A stretch of DNA of 64,000 bases, from the NCBI GenBank assembly GCA_016861085.1, contig BOKR01000001.1, positions 761,696 to 825,695 on the forward strand, given 5' to 3'. Positions 1 to 10,061 of this stretch are shown here, piece by piece. Every line of letters starts with the position of its first letter. The stretch's first letter is position 1. A model generated the notes under the pieces. The model saw only the letters and a list, made by a program, of their open reading frames with translations. It did no database searches and had not been told where the DNA came from. A program made the translations under genes and the position numbers. The DNA is from Patescibacteria group bacterium. GTDB taxonomy: Bacteria > Patescibacteriota > Microgenomatia > UBA1400 > PJMF01.

Positions 1-408
1 CATAATCTTATTTCCACCAATTGTAATCGCCATTTCTCTGGCAGGTAGATACACTACAGTCAGTCTTCTATCAGCTATGATTTTTTCTTCTTCAGGGGTA
101 AATCGCACTTGAATTACAGAATGAATGACACTACCACCTTCGCGGACAGTATTAAGATAGGCATGTAACGAAACTCTGCTAAAACTTAATAAGACATCGC
201 ATTCACTAGAAGATGCATTTATCTTAGTATCTGAAATATCTAGCTGATAGCAAGAGTAACCACCTTTTATAAGTGAAGGATATTCTCTGTATCCAAACAC
301 AAACATTCCAACGTTCTTCAAAGCTTTAGCTAGAACTTCACCAACAGAGTTGATACCCATTCCAGATTCACCAGCCACTTTGACTACAAATCTATGTAAA
401 TATGTCAT
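1..408 (-). CDS. 2-oxoacid:ferredoxin oxidoreductase alpha(/gamma)-type subunit, N-terminal part (runs off window start)
   Basis: ATG on minus strand at 408-406 overlaps the upstream stop (ATGA). Translation MTYLHRFVVKVAGESGMGINSVGEVLAKALKNVGMFVFGYREYPSLIKGG matches the GxxGxG...FP.yPs.irGG motif of the KorA/PorA family. Partial. Confidence 0.6.
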   Translation of the reverse strand, partial: MTYLHRFVVKVAGESGMGINSVGEVLAKALKNVGMFVFGYREYPSLIKGGYSCYQLDISDTKINASSSECDVLLSFSRVSLHAYLNTVREGGSVIHSVIQVRFTPEEEKIIADRRLTVVYLPAREMAITIGGNKIM

Positions 409-893
409 GTTGCTTGTCCTTGCGCTTGTGATTCATATAAAGGGAGAGTTTCATCAGCCCATTTTTTGACCATTTCCTCTATCACAGTTTCAAATGGTTC
501 TCTGCCTATTGTTAAAGCTACACCAACAGATCTTCCTTTACTTTTTTCCCAGATTTCTTTGATTGCAGTCATACCAGAACAAAAATAGTATTTTTCATAC
601 CTCCTGTCACCCAATCCAATAAATGAGGCAGTTTTGCCTGAGAAATCAGCAGTTTTCATCTCTTTGAGTAGTGCCAAGAAAAAAGGATTAATTGCACCAT
701 GGTCCCACGTAGAAGTTGCAAATAAAAAATACTTATTGTTTGTGATCACCGAAAGTGGGGTTTGCTCTGATCTATGTAATTCAACTGTGACTCCTTGTTC
801 CCGCCAATATTGAGCAACTTGCTCCATGACGTGTTCAGTATTACCCCCAGTTGAAGCATAAATGATATGAATTGGTGCGGTTAAACTAGCCAT
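405..893 (-). CDS. flavodoxin
   Basis: IIYASTGGNTEHV phosphate-binding loop (T/S-x-T-G-x-T). The true start is probably the internal MASLTAPIHIIY at 893. ATGA-coupled to the oxidoreductase gene. Confidence 0.7.
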   Translation of the reverse strand: MASLTAPIHIIYASTGGNTEHVMEQVAQYWREQGVTVELHRSEQTPLSVITNNKYFLFATSTWDHGAINPFFLALLKEMKTADFSGKTASFIGLGDRRYEKYYFCSGMTAIKEIWEKSKGRSVGVALTIGREPFETVIEEMVKKWADETLPLYESQAQGQAT

Positions 894-898
894 AGTGG

Positions 899-1585
899 TT
901 AGAGGTAAATACCAAGCATTTGCAAAAAGCCGAGAACTCCGTGAATAATTCCTAAAATAACCGTTATCCAAACAAAGTGTTTATGCACCGAGCTCCACAC
1001 TAAATGTGTTCCTGACTCATCAAGTGGATCAGGACCAATTTTTGATCCTTTCCACGGGAGTGGAAGTTTTGCCCAAGGAAGTGCAAAGCACGTGGCAAAC
1101 GTTAGCACAAAGAAGATTCCCAAGAGAATGCCTGTCCAACCCAATAGAGAAAAGCCTGCTATTCTAATTCGCTTCGCATACCAGGCAGATGCATCCTCAT
1201 CAGATTTTTCTGAAGGCTCTTGAGTAGTTGATACTGACTCCGCATTCGGGTCAGCTTCAGGTTGTTCTGCTTGTTCTACATATCCCTCTAAAGTACCAAC
1301 TACTGTAAAACCAGCAAAAACTTCTGGACCATGTGGCGCATTTGCCATAGCCTCAGTGAGATCTATTCCCGCCTGCAACCCAAAATGTTCACCCATTGCC
1401 CATAATTTACTATCTGTAACATCGTAGACAACACCTTTGTATGAAGTATACGCTTTAGCCCCATCTTTTCCGTTATATTTGCTGAGCTCTTCAACAGTAA
1501 AGACTTTGCCCTGTGCGAACACAACTTGCACTGAAAAAATTAAGATTATGAAGCTTAAAAAGAATGTCTGTAATAACTTTTTCAT
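899..1585 (-). CDS. membrane protein with N-terminal signal peptide and cytochrome b5-like heme/steroid-binding domain
   Basis: Signal peptide, then FTVEELSKYNGKDGAKAYTSYKGVVYDVTDSKLWAMGEHFG (cyt-b5-like fold), a Glu/Pro-rich linker and a C-terminal polytopic domain. Confidence 0.55.
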   Translation of the reverse strand: MKKLLQTFFLSFIILIFSVQVVFAQGKVFTVEELSKYNGKDGAKAYTSYKGVVYDVTDSKLWAMGEHFGLQAGIDLTEAMANAPHGPEVFAGFTVVGTLEGYVEQAEQPEADPNAESVSTTQEPSEKSDEDASAWYAKRIRIAGFSLLGWTGILLGIFFVLTFATCFALPWAKLPLPWKGSKIGPDPLDESGTHLVWSSVHKHFVWITVILGIIHGVLGFLQMLGIYL

Positions 1586-1587
1586 AA

Positions 1588-2490
1588 TTACTCAGTGGCA
1601 GCTTGTTCAGGGGCTTCTCCAATGTGCCCAAATGGAACTAAATATACGACAACCTCATTGAGAGGGTCAAGCTCTAGCGCACTAGCTACTGCCTGTTTGT
1701 TGAATCCACCCGTTACAACTGTGGCCATCTTAAGTGATTCAATCTGTAGATAAATGTTTTCACCAATATGACCAGCCTCTAAATAAATGTTTGGCATTGG
1801 ATCATTATCTGGAGCTATGGCTTGCATAATAGCAGGAGCAGCCACAAGAGCAACAACAACCGGTGACTTTTGTGAGTTTTCTTGAACTTTAGCTTCAATC
1901 AATCTGTCTCCAGCATTTGCCAAACCTAAACTACCAAGAGAGTTGTCTTTAGGATTGTACAAATACAAGCCAGCTGGAATATCTTCAACATTTCTAATCA
2001 CTACATAGACAGAAAATGGATATGCACTTCTTGCAGATGGGGCTGCTCTGTGTCCAGCTTCATCGGTTATTCCCTGTGCTGACCACAAAACTTGAGACAG
2101 CTCTTGTTTTGTTACTGGCTCTTCAGAAAAATATCTTCTACTTCTTCTGCTCTGGATGGCTTGTTCTACTGACACAGAACTCTTCAACTTTGGTGCAGGA
2201 AGTTCAACTACTTCACGAACTGACTTTAGCGTAGGTAGTTCATACTTTGTTATTGCTGCAGTTGCAGAATCTGTCTCTGACATCGGACTTGCAAGCTTTG
2301 CCCGTTTTTCGTTGATAAGCAAAACAGCCAAAACGGTAGTTGCACCAATTAATAATAATGTAATAAAGGAAAGTACCTCTTTTTTCATAGGCATTCCACC
2401 TTTCATGCAATTACCACAACCGCCGGGCTTATTGCAACAATCTTTGTTTTCTATGTTACTAACTATTGGTAAAGTAGTGTCATTGGGCAT
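1588..2490 (-). CDS. SagB-type dehydrogenase / nitroreductase-family protein with N-terminal TM anchor
   Basis: RRSRRYFSEEPVTKQELSQVLWSAQG and AYPFSVYVV match the nitroreductase/SagB fold. Cys-rich N-terminus CCNKPGGCGNC. Likely start at MKKEV. Confidence 0.6.
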   Translation of the reverse strand: MPNDTTLPIVSNIENKDCCNKPGGCGNCMKGGMPMKKEVLSFITLLLIGATTVLAVLLINEKRAKLASPMSETDSATAAITKYELPTLKSVREVVELPAPKLKSSVSVEQAIQSRRSRRYFSEEPVTKQELSQVLWSAQGITDEAGHRAAPSARSAYPFSVYVVIRNVEDIPAGLYLYNPKDNSLGSLGLANAGDRLIEAKVQENSQKSPVVVALVAAPAIMQAIAPDNDPMPNIYLEAGHIGENIYLQIESLKMATVVTGGFNKQAVASALELDPLNEVVVYLVPFGHIGEAPEQAATE

Positions 2491-2528
2491 ACATATCCAT
2501 TAAAGATCTTTTTAAAACTTAAGTCAAG

Positions 2529-3779
2529 TTAGAAACGGTATAACATTATGAGGGTCTGCAATAACATATTACTGGAAAAAAATAAGAGCAACACCAAAAA
2601 AACTATTACGAATTGTTTTTTTTGCAATTTTTTTAACAAAAAATCAATAAAATAGGCAACTGCGATGCTCAATTGAGGCAAAACACTTACAAACATTCTT
2701 GAACCATATGGACCTCCAATAATTTCTGGTCCCCAGCTGGCTACAACGTAAAGCTGTAGTAAAAAAGCAATCAATGAAATAGTTCCTAATATGGTTACTT
2801 TTTCCTTCAATTTTCTAATCAAAAAAAGAACTGCAAATCCTAGTACTGGTGCGAAGAAAAACAAACCATTTTCTAGAGTAAATAATACTCTAATAAAATC
2901 AGGCTTAAACCAGTTGAGCTGCTCACCTCTCATAAGATACGGACTCCCTAATACACCAAAAAGAGTAACGGTAGTCAAAAACTGAATACCCATAACCACA
3001 AATGCACTCCCACTAAAAAGAATCGCCCAATTCAGCTTATGCAACAAACTTTCTTTTTGAACTATAAACAAGGTGATAAATATAGGTAAAACTACAACTA
3101 AATCTTGATTCCGTACTAACATCAGAAACCCCGCAGTTACTCCCATGGGAATCACATTTTTCCAAGTAATTCTTGAGTGTAGTACTCTTGAAATTTGGTA
3201 GAATAACAACGCTGATAATAGAAATGATATTGAATGGGAATTAACTGGATCAATAGCAGTGTAATAAAATAACTGTGTTGAACAAAATAACAATATGGTC
3301 GTAAATATTGTAACCTTTTTACTAAACCACATACTCATAGTTTTAAAAACAAACCATAGCCCCAAGACACTAAAACAGACTGCCGTAACACTTACAGAAA
3401 GCTGAGGCAACAAACCATAGCCATCTACTAAAAAAAGGGTTCCTCCAACAACAGTATTACTAGCCAAAGCCACTGTTTGTCCCAACACAAAACCGGGTAT
3501 CCAGAATAGGGCAGTGCCGGGTGAAAATTTGTTGGTAACCATTCCTGTTCTTGGAGAGATTTCTGGTGCATTGGGAAAACCTAAATTTTTATGAAAGGCC
3601 TCATTACTAAAATCAATATCCCGATCCATGACGATCGATCTTGTGTACGCATAATAATAAAGACTATCACCCCAAATAATACTTTTTACCCTAAGCAAAA
3701 CCAAGATATACAAAAACAGACTTACTATAAAAAGTAAAACAAAAAAATGCTTCTCGGAAATCAGATTCCTTCTTATCAC
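2529..3779 (-). CDS. polytopic membrane protein, GT-C-like (PMT/ArnT-type) glycosyltransferase candidate
   Basis: Eleven or more predicted TM helices. The hydrophilic loop near the N-terminus (YYYAYTRSIVMDRDIDF) resembles the GT-C DxD loop. Confidence 0.4.
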   Translation of the reverse strand: MIRRNLISEKHFFVLLFIVSLFLYILVLLRVKSIIWGDSLYYYAYTRSIVMDRDIDFSNEAFHKNLGFPNAPEISPRTGMVTNKFSPGTALFWIPGFVLGQTVALASNTVVGGTLFLVDGYGLLPQLSVSVTAVCFSVLGLWFVFKTMSMWFSKKVTIFTTILLFCSTQLFYYTAIDPVNSHSISFLLSALLFYQISRVLHSRITWKNVIPMGVTAGFLMLVRNQDLVVVLPIFITLFIVQKESLLHKLNWAILFSGSAFVVMGIQFLTTVTLFGVLGSPYLMRGEQLNWFKPDFIRVLFTLENGLFFFAPVLGFAVLFLIRKLKEKVTILGTISLIAFLLQLYVVASWGPEIIGGPYGSRMFVSVLPQLSIAVAYFIDFLLKKLQKKQFVIVFLVLLLFFSSNMLLQTLIMLYRF

Positions 3780-3801
3780 AATACAGGTAGAATACTATAA
3801 A

Positions 3802-4206
3802 CTACTTCTGTATCCAATACCGCGCTTCAGCTTCACTTGAGAACCATGCTAATTTTGCTCCCAGATCACCAGTAAAAGTCAAAATAAAGTTGGCAATGGA
3901 GACCTGAGCGTCTGATGAACCCAGTACCGCCACTTTAGCAATTCTCTGATCAGAAACAAACTTCATGTATACTTCTCTTGCTTTAGGAGAAATATGGCTT
4001 TTACTTCCCATTGGGCGTAAGTCTACAATTACCTTTGCCGGCGTACTAAATCCTTTTTCGGCAATCAGAGCAAAGCACTTCTCAGCACCAGCTTGTGCTT
4101 GAATTGCGTTCTTTTCATCATCATATATTGCTTCTAAAAACGAAACAATAAGAATATCATTCTTGTCTGCATTTACCACCACGGTATCTTCAATTTTTAG
4201 TTGCAT
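3802..4206 (-). CDS. hypothetical protein
   Basis: 134-aa ORF with no recognisable motif. Confidence 0.4.
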   Translation of the reverse strand: MQLKIEDTVVVNADKNDILIVSFLEAIYDDEKNAIQAQAGAEKCFALIAEKGFSTPAKVIVDLRPMGSKSHISPKAREVYMKFVSDQRIAKVAVLGSSDAQVSIANFILTFTGDLGAKLAWFSSEAEARYWIQK

Positions 4207-4305
4207 AGTTGTCTTTCTGTAGCAATAACTTTATCGCCCTCTGTACAAAGTATACGATAAATAGGGAAAATTTTTCAAGTTAAGTTTTGAGGTTTCAAGA
4301 AACCT

Positions 4306-4343
4306 ACTTATAAAAAAGGAGCCTTGCTCATCGCACAGGCTCC
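4306..4343 (-). terminator. rho-independent terminator after the LTXXQ gene
   Basis: Minus-strand RNA GGAGCCUGUGCGAUGAGCAAGGCUCC followed by UUUUUUA. Confidence 0.55.
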
Positions 4344-4368
4344 TGAAAAAGTTTTCTAGTAACAAAAA

Positions 4369-4863
4369 TTATGGTCTTCTAAAACGTTTTCCAAATTCCA
4401 TGAACACTTCAAAGTCTATTCCCTGCTCCTCAGCCCAATTTTGCATTTCATCACGAAGATCTGCTCTCATTTCTCTGAGGTCTTCCTTAGAAAGATCTTG
4501 GTCATGTAGTTCTTGCATACGTTCATACATCTCGTCATGTTTTTCAAGAATTGCATTCATTTGAACCTCTGTAAGGTTGCCTGCAGCTACCGCACGCTGT
4601 AATCTTTCTTCCATTCTTGATTCCATCTCTTGGTGTCTAGTCTCCATTTCTTGCTGGTGGTATTGCTGGATAGTTTCTTCAACTTGCGCTTGGTCCAAGC
4701 CAAACTTTTGAGCTATCACTGCTGCAAATTCACTCTTGCGATTTTCACCGCCAAATGCATTGACTTTGTCAGTCATTGACCAAGCTAAAACTGCAACCAA
4801 ACCAAGCATTGCGATTGGAATAAAAATATATTTCTTTGAGGTTTGCTCTAATTTTTGTTTCAT
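4369..4863 (-). CDS. membrane-anchored periplasmic LTXXQ-motif (Spy/CpxP-like) protein
   Basis: N-terminal TM segment. Charged helical repeats carry LTEVQ and LDQAQ (LTXXQ-type motifs). Sits immediately downstream of the HK-RR pair. Confidence 0.45.
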   Translation of the reverse strand: MKQKLEQTSKKYIFIPIAMLGLVAVLAWSMTDKVNAFGGENRKSEFAAVIAQKFGLDQAQVEETIQQYHQQEMETRHQEMESRMEERLQRAVAAGNLTEVQMNAILEKHDEMYERMQELHDQDLSKEDLREMRADLRDEMQNWAEEQGIDFEVFMEFGKRFRRP

Positions 4864-4951
4864 ATGGTTCCTTTCAATAAAACCTACTTTAATACATAGT
4901 TAGTAGAAGTATAAAAAATGAAACTGAGAATAAACTTAAAAACGTAAAACT

Positions 4952-5983
4952 CTATAAAGGTAGAGTAGTGGTAAATGTTGTCCCTTTACCAATTTCACTC
5001 TCAACGGTAATGGTACCGTTGTGGTTTGCAACTATTTGTTTTGCAACTGAAAGCCCGAGCCCGAATCCAGGTTTTTGGCTACAAGTCCTACTTGAATCGA
5101 TTCTATAGAATCGATCAAAAATATGTTGTAAGTATTTTTTATTTATCCCGATTCCGGTATCAGCTATCTTTATTGTTACTGTGCGCTTGCCCGGAATAAT
5201 CAGTACGTTAATTTTTCCTTTACAGTTGCTATACTTTATTGCGTTGTCTAACAAAATAGTAAAGAGTTGCTGTAGGCCAGTTTCTGAAGCCAGAACTTGC
5301 TGGTGCTGCAACTTTGATGTTATTTTTAACTCTTTTTCATCTGCTAATGGTTTTACAATTTTTAGCACTTTACCCATTACTTCATGAACATCGATCAGTT
5401 GCTTTATAATTGTTTTATTTTCTTGGCTAGCTAACTGTAAAAGACTGTCAATCAATTCTTTGAGTGCATCTACATCTTCTAAATTACTTTCCAAAACTTT
5501 CTTTGCCCTTTGGTCAATTTTCTTGTCTCTGAGTGATACCTCTATTGCGGTTTTCAAACTTGTAAGGGGAGTGCGCAATTCATGTGAAGCATCGGCAATA
5601 AACCTCTTTTGATCAGAGAGAACATCTTCTATTGGTTTGAGTGTCCTACCAGCAAGAGCGTAGCTTGCCACACTGCTCGCTAACAAAATAAAAGCATTTG
5701 TCATTAAAAGATGAAGTAAGACTTTCTTCTTGGATTCCTGTAATTCCTCCAAAAAGAATTGATGTAGCTCTTGCCTGTTTTCTGCTTCGTTTGAAGCTTG
5801 GCGTAACAACTGTTGAGCAAAACCCGGTGCAGTTCGAAGTCTATTTTCTGCCCGTGTGAAGCTTTGTTCAATATTCTGGGACACACCCTTATAGATTGCG
5901 TAACTAAACATTGTACTCACCACCATGATTGCGGTTACGTAGAAAACGGTCAGCTTAATTCTTGTAAATGCAAATACATTCAT
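4952..5983 (-). CDS. sensor histidine kinase
   Basis: H-box ADASHELRTPLTSL. G-boxes DTGIGI...GFGLGLSVAKQIV. Confidence 0.85.
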   Translation of the reverse strand: MNVFAFTRIKLTVFYVTAIMVVSTMFSYAIYKGVSQNIEQSFTRAENRLRTAPGFAQQLLRQASNEAENRQELHQFFLEELQESKKKVLLHLLMTNAFILLASSVASYALAGRTLKPIEDVLSDQKRFIADASHELRTPLTSLKTAIEVSLRDKKIDQRAKKVLESNLEDVDALKELIDSLLQLASQENKTIIKQLIDVHEVMGKVLKIVKPLADEKELKITSKLQHQQVLASETGLQQLFTILLDNAIKYSNCKGKINVLIIPGKRTVTIKIADTGIGINKKYLQHIFDRFYRIDSSRTCSQKPGFGLGLSVAKQIVANHNGTITVESEIGKGTTFTTTLPL

Positions 5984-5986
5984 AAC

Positions 5987-6664
5987 TTATTTGTCAGATA
6001 TTTTGTATCCAAATCCTCGAACAGTTTTAATCAGCATCTTTGATTTTTTAAATGGTTTATCGATTTTATTTCTTAAATATCCAATGTAAACTTCTACAGT
6101 ATTTGGAAGCACATCAGTATCAAACTCCCAAACTTTGGTAATTATTGTTTTTTTACTTACTGTTCGATGCTTATTTTTGAGCAAAAATTCTAATAGTAGA
6201 AATTCTTTCTTTGAAAGCTCAATTGGCATGCCTGCTCGATTAACTTCAAAAGTAGTGGTATTCAAAACTAAATTATCAATCGTAAGCACCTGGGTTTTCT
6301 GACTTCTACCTCTTCTTGAAAGAGCTTTTATCCTTGCAAGCAATTCTTCAAAAGCGAATGGCTTAGCTAAATAATCATCTGCCCCTATTGTGAGTCCAGC
6401 AACTTTGTCAGAAACTTCTGACTTTGCTGTGAGCATTAGAATGGGGGTCTGATTCTTTTTTTCGCGTAATTGCCTGCATACCGTCATTCCGTCTAACAAC
6501 GGCAGCATGAGATCTAACACTAAAACGTCATACCCGTCACTGAGAGCCATATCTAAACCAGACTCACCGTTGAACGCTACATCAACAAGAAAACCCTCTT
6601 GTTCGAGTCCTTTTTTTATCACAGAAGAAATTCTATGATCATCTTCTACCAACAATATCTTCAT
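5987..6664 (-). CDS. OmpR-family response regulator
   Basis: Receiver domain MKILLVEDD...DLMLP. Winged helix ending TVRGFGYKI. Confidence 0.9.
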   Translation of the reverse strand: MKILLVEDDHRISSVIKKGLEQEGFLVDVAFNGESGLDMALSDGYDVLVLDLMLPLLDGMTVCRQLREKKNQTPILMLTAKSEVSDKVAGLTIGADDYLAKPFAFEELLARIKALSRRGRSQKTQVLTIDNLVLNTTTFEVNRAGMPIELSKKEFLLLEFLLKNKHRTVSKKTIITKVWEFDTDVLPNTVEVYIGYLRNKIDKPFKKSKMLIKTVRGFGYKISDK

Positions 6665-6721
6665 GGAGTACTATTATACTGCTTTACCTGAGAAAAAGCT
6701 GAAGTTACAATACGACTAACT

Positions 6722-7795
6722 GTGAATAAAAAAAAATTCTTCATTATTGTCTCTATCACTGCACTCATCGTTGCCTCAGCAACTGCTACATATATCTTTG
6801 TTGGAAATAAAAAAGCAACTGTGGGGGAGACTCAATCGCAAGTTTTAGCAGCTGAAGCTATTACTTTCACACCAGATCCTAATTTTGAAAACAAAGACAA
6901 CCTCTCAATTTTGTTGCTTGGGTATGGTGGGGCTGGGCATGAAGGAGGATTCTTGAGCGATGTAATCCAAGTTGTACACTTTGACTTTGATGCAAAACTT
7001 ATCTCATTTATTTCAATCCCCAGAGATTTATTTGTAACTTTACCCAATGGCACTAACGGTAAAATAAATACTGCATTCAGTTTGGGTGATAAAAATGACC
7101 CTATCCACAGTGGTTCTCAAATAGCTAAAGAAATGGTAACTATGGTGACAGGCATTCCAATCGACACGTTCATTTCTATCGATTTTGTTGGTTTTCAAGT
7201 AGCAATTGGTGGCATCTTGGATGGATTAGAAGTTACCGTTAGTGAAACTTTAGATGATAAATGGTATCCGATCGAGGGAAAACAGCTTGAAACTTGCGGA
7301 AAAACTCCAGAAGAAGTTGCTGAGTTAACAAATACCCTAACAGGCTTCGAACTCGAACGACAATTCGAATGTCGGTACCAACGTATTTATTATCCAATTG
7401 GAATTCATCACATGGAAGGGGGAGACGCACTTGCGTATGTCCGCTCTCGTCACGGATCTGCAGGGGGAGACTTCTCAAGAAGTAAGCGACAACAAGAAGT
7501 TTTGTTGGCAGTCAGAGATAAATTATTTACACTTAAAGCACTAGAAAAAATTCCACTATTCTTTAAAACAATGATCGCTCTAACTGATACTGACCTTACA
7601 ATTGATACAATCTCCACGCTAGCACCAAAGCTAGCAACAGCAAAAGATATGAGAACACAAAGTATCACACTGAGTACCCAAAACGTATTTGAACATTCCA
7701 AATCATCGACTGGCGCATATATTGTTGTCCCAAAAACAGGACTTAATAACTGGCAAGAAACGCGAGATTTCGTTAAATCAGAACTCGAAAAATAA
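6722..7795 (+). CDS. LytR-CpsA-Psr (LCP) family cell-envelope phosphotransferase
   Basis: N-terminal TM anchor. LLLGYGGAGHEGGFLSDVIQVVHFD...SIPRDLFV is the LCP core. Confidence 0.85.
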   Translation: MNKKKFFIIVSITALIVASATATYIFVGNKKATVGETQSQVLAAEAITFTPDPNFENKDNLSILLLGYGGAGHEGGFLSDVIQVVHFDFDAKLISFISIPRDLFVTLPNGTNGKINTAFSLGDKNDPIHSGSQIAKEMVTMVTGIPIDTFISIDFVGFQVAIGGILDGLEVTVSETLDDKWYPIEGKQLETCGKTPEEVAELTNTLTGFELERQFECRYQRIYYPIGIHHMEGGDALAYVRSRHGSAGGDFSRSKRQQEVLLAVRDKLFTLKALEKIPLFFKTMIALTDTDLTIDTISTLAPKLATAKDMRTQSITLSTQNVFEHSKSSTGAYIVVPKTGLNNWQETRDFVKSELEK

Positions 7796-7848
7796 ATTTA
7801 TTTTTGCCACTAGCATCAAAAATAAACTACAATGTATAGTAAATTAAT

Positions 7849-9555
7849 ATGATTTTACTAATACTTTTTGCCTTCTTAGCTGGATTTGTAACAATTCTAT
7901 CCCCATGTATTTTACCCATATTACCTATTGTTCTAAGTGGTTCCCTTTCTGGTGGAAAAAGCAGACCTCTTGGTGTTGTTGCTGGTTTCGTAGGTAGTTT
8001 TACCTTTTTTACCCTGTTTTTATCGATCATTGTTAGAAATACAGGCATACCTGCTGACTTTATGCGAAACTTAGCAATTGTCTTAATTTTTATATTCGGA
8101 ATTTTTCTAATCTTCCCTCAAGCACAAGCAATTTTCGAAAAAATCATTAGTAAGTTATCTTCGTTACAACCAAAAACTAACCAAACTAATCAAAATGGAT
8201 TTTTTGGAGGCATTCTTGTGGGTGCTAGTCTAGGTCTTATTTGGGCACCTTGCGTTGGACCGATTTTGGCCTCTATTATCACCCTTTCAATTACTGCTCA
8301 AGTTACACTCAATGCAGTTTTGATCACATTTGCCTATTCTATTGGGACTGCAATTCCTATGCTTATTATTACGTATTCAGGAAGAAAATTGTTTGAAAAA
8401 ATACCATGGCTACTAGAGCACACCACACAAATCCAGCAGACCTTCGGGGTCCTTATGGTTTTTACCGCTATCGGTTTGTTTATGAATGTTGATATCAAGT
8501 TTCAGCAATATATCTTAGAGAAGTTCCCTAATTATGGATCTAATCTAACGAAATTTGAAGACAACTCAGAAATTCAGAAACAACTAAACCTCCTCACTGA
8601 CCCCCAAAATCCAGTTAGTGAACCAAAAAAAACTGATCAACTTCTGTTCGAGCCAGGAATCAATGCACCTGGTTTTCAAAATGAAACATCTTGGATAAAC
8701 TCTCAACCTCTTACTTTAGAAACAGACCTAAAAGGAAAAGTTGTGCTGATCGACTTCTGGACATACACCTGTATTAACTGTGTCCGAACATTCCCATACT
8801 TAAAGGATTGGTACCAAAAATACCATGACTTGGGTTTTGAAATTGTCGGGGTACACTCACCCGAATTCGAATTCGAAAAAAAATATGATAATGTTGTCAT
8901 GGCAAGCAAACAATATGAATTGCTATACCCAATCGTTCAGGATAATGATTTCAAAATCTGGAGAGCATACGAAAATAGGTATTGGCCAGCTCATTATTTG
9001 ATTGATAAGAATGGAGACATTCGTTATACCCACTTTGGTGAAGGCAAATATATTGAAACCGAGAACGCGATACGAACTCTATTAAATGAAGCTCCACTTG
9101 ACCAACCAGAAATAGAAATAAATGGAAGAAAACTAACTCCTGAGATTTACCTAGGGTATGATCGTGCGGCAAACTACACGAGTGAGAATGCAATCAAGTT
9201 AGATACCTCTGTCACCTACCCTGCAGTAGAGAAACTTCCTAATGATGCTGTAGCACTTGAAGGTACCTGGACTGTGGGACCTGAAAGTATTACTGCTGAC
9301 ACAGACGGCGCTAAACTAAAATTAAACTTTTTGGCTGCAAAAGTATTTTTAGTCCTGCACCCACCTGAAAATCAAGTGAGTCCTGTTTCCGTAAATATCA
9401 GAATCGATGGACAAGACACAGAAAAATCATTTGTCTTGGAAGAACCAAATAAGTATGATATTGTTTCACTGGAATCAAGTGAATATGGCAGACACTCTGT
9501 CGAACTTATATTTCCAAAAGGTGTATCTGCTTTTGCCTTCACTTTTGGAATTTAG
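7849..9555 (+). CDS. DsbD/CcdA-type transmembrane thiol:disulfide transporter fused to TlpA-like thioredoxin domain
   Basis: Conserved TM cysteines (SPCILP, WAPCVGP), then a thioredoxin-fold domain with FWTYTCINCV (CxxC). Confidence 0.75.
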   Translation: MILLILFAFLAGFVTILSPCILPILPIVLSGSLSGGKSRPLGVVAGFVGSFTFFTLFLSIIVRNTGIPADFMRNLAIVLIFIFGIFLIFPQAQAIFEKIISKLSSLQPKTNQTNQNGFFGGILVGASLGLIWAPCVGPILASIITLSITAQVTLNAVLITFAYSIGTAIPMLIITYSGRKLFEKIPWLLEHTTQIQQTFGVLMVFTAIGLFMNVDIKFQQYILEKFPNYGSNLTKFEDNSEIQKQLNLLTDPQNPVSEPKKTDQLLFEPGINAPGFQNETSWINSQPLTLETDLKGKVVLIDFWTYTCINCVRTFPYLKDWYQKYHDLGFEIVGVHSPEFEFEKKYDNVVMASKQYELLYPIVQDNDFKIWRAYENRYWPAHYLIDKNGDIRYTHFGEGKYIETENAIRTLLNEAPLDQPEIEINGRKLTPEIYLGYDRAANYTSENAIKLDTSVTYPAVEKLPNDAVALEGTWTVGPESITADTDGAKLKLNFLAAKVFLVLHPPENQVSPVSVNIRIDGQDTEKSFVLEEPNKYDIVSLESSEYGRHSVELIFPKGVSAFAFTFGI

Positions 9556-10061
9556 TTAATCCTTTTTGGCACCTTAATAGTAACAGTAGTTCCTTTGTTT
9601 GGATGCGTATCAATAAAGATCTTCCCGCCTAGAAACTCTGTCACTTTTTTGGCATAAAAAAGGCTTAATCCCGTCCCAAACGGTTCATATTTGAGTATAT
9701 TGCTTCCTCTAAAATACCTTTCAAATAAGTGTGGTTTCTCTTCTTCCATTACCCCATAACCTGTATCACTAATCACAAAGGTTATATCTTCGTAATCAGC
9801 ACTTAACTTAAGGTTGATTGCTCCCAAATGTGGTGTGTACTTGATAGAGTTTGATAAAATAACTGAAATAACGTCACCCAAGAACTGAGAGTCACTAACC
9901 ATAGGACTGATATCAGGCGAGATCTCAGCCATGAGTTTTAAGTGCTTTTGTTGAATCTCTCTATCAAACTTTTTAACAATGAGCGTTAATAAATCTTTTG
10001 GATGAAATAGTTTTAAATTTAAACTCAGTGTACCATGCTCAATGTTTAAGATGTTTGTCAA
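9552..10061 (-). CDS. histidine kinase catalytic (HATPase_c) fragment, probably frameshifted 3' part of the upstream sensor gene
   Basis: TTG start. LNIEHGTLSLNLKLF...SNSIKYTP...DTGYGV...GTGLSLF. No H-box of its own. Deleting one A from the GAAAAG tract near 10080 fuses it in frame to ORF 10039-11445, giving ...LKEEIHETNAILTNILNIEHG. Confidence 0.6.
   Translation of the reverse strand: MTNILNIEHGTLSLNLKLFHPKDLLTLIVKKFDREIQQKHLKLMAEISPDISPMVSDSQFLGDVISVILSNSIKYTPHLGAINLKLSADYEDITFVISDTGYGVMEEEKPHLFERYFRGSNILKYEPFGTGLSLFYAKKVTEFLGGKIFIDTHPNKGTTVTIKVPKRIN

Noticed and set aside
1197-1203. Second CUGAUGA motif (minus strand) inside the cytochrome-b5-domain gene
   Set aside because: Flanking sequence does not form a stem II/GAA/stem III arrangement. 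It is a coincidental heptamer in coding sequence.
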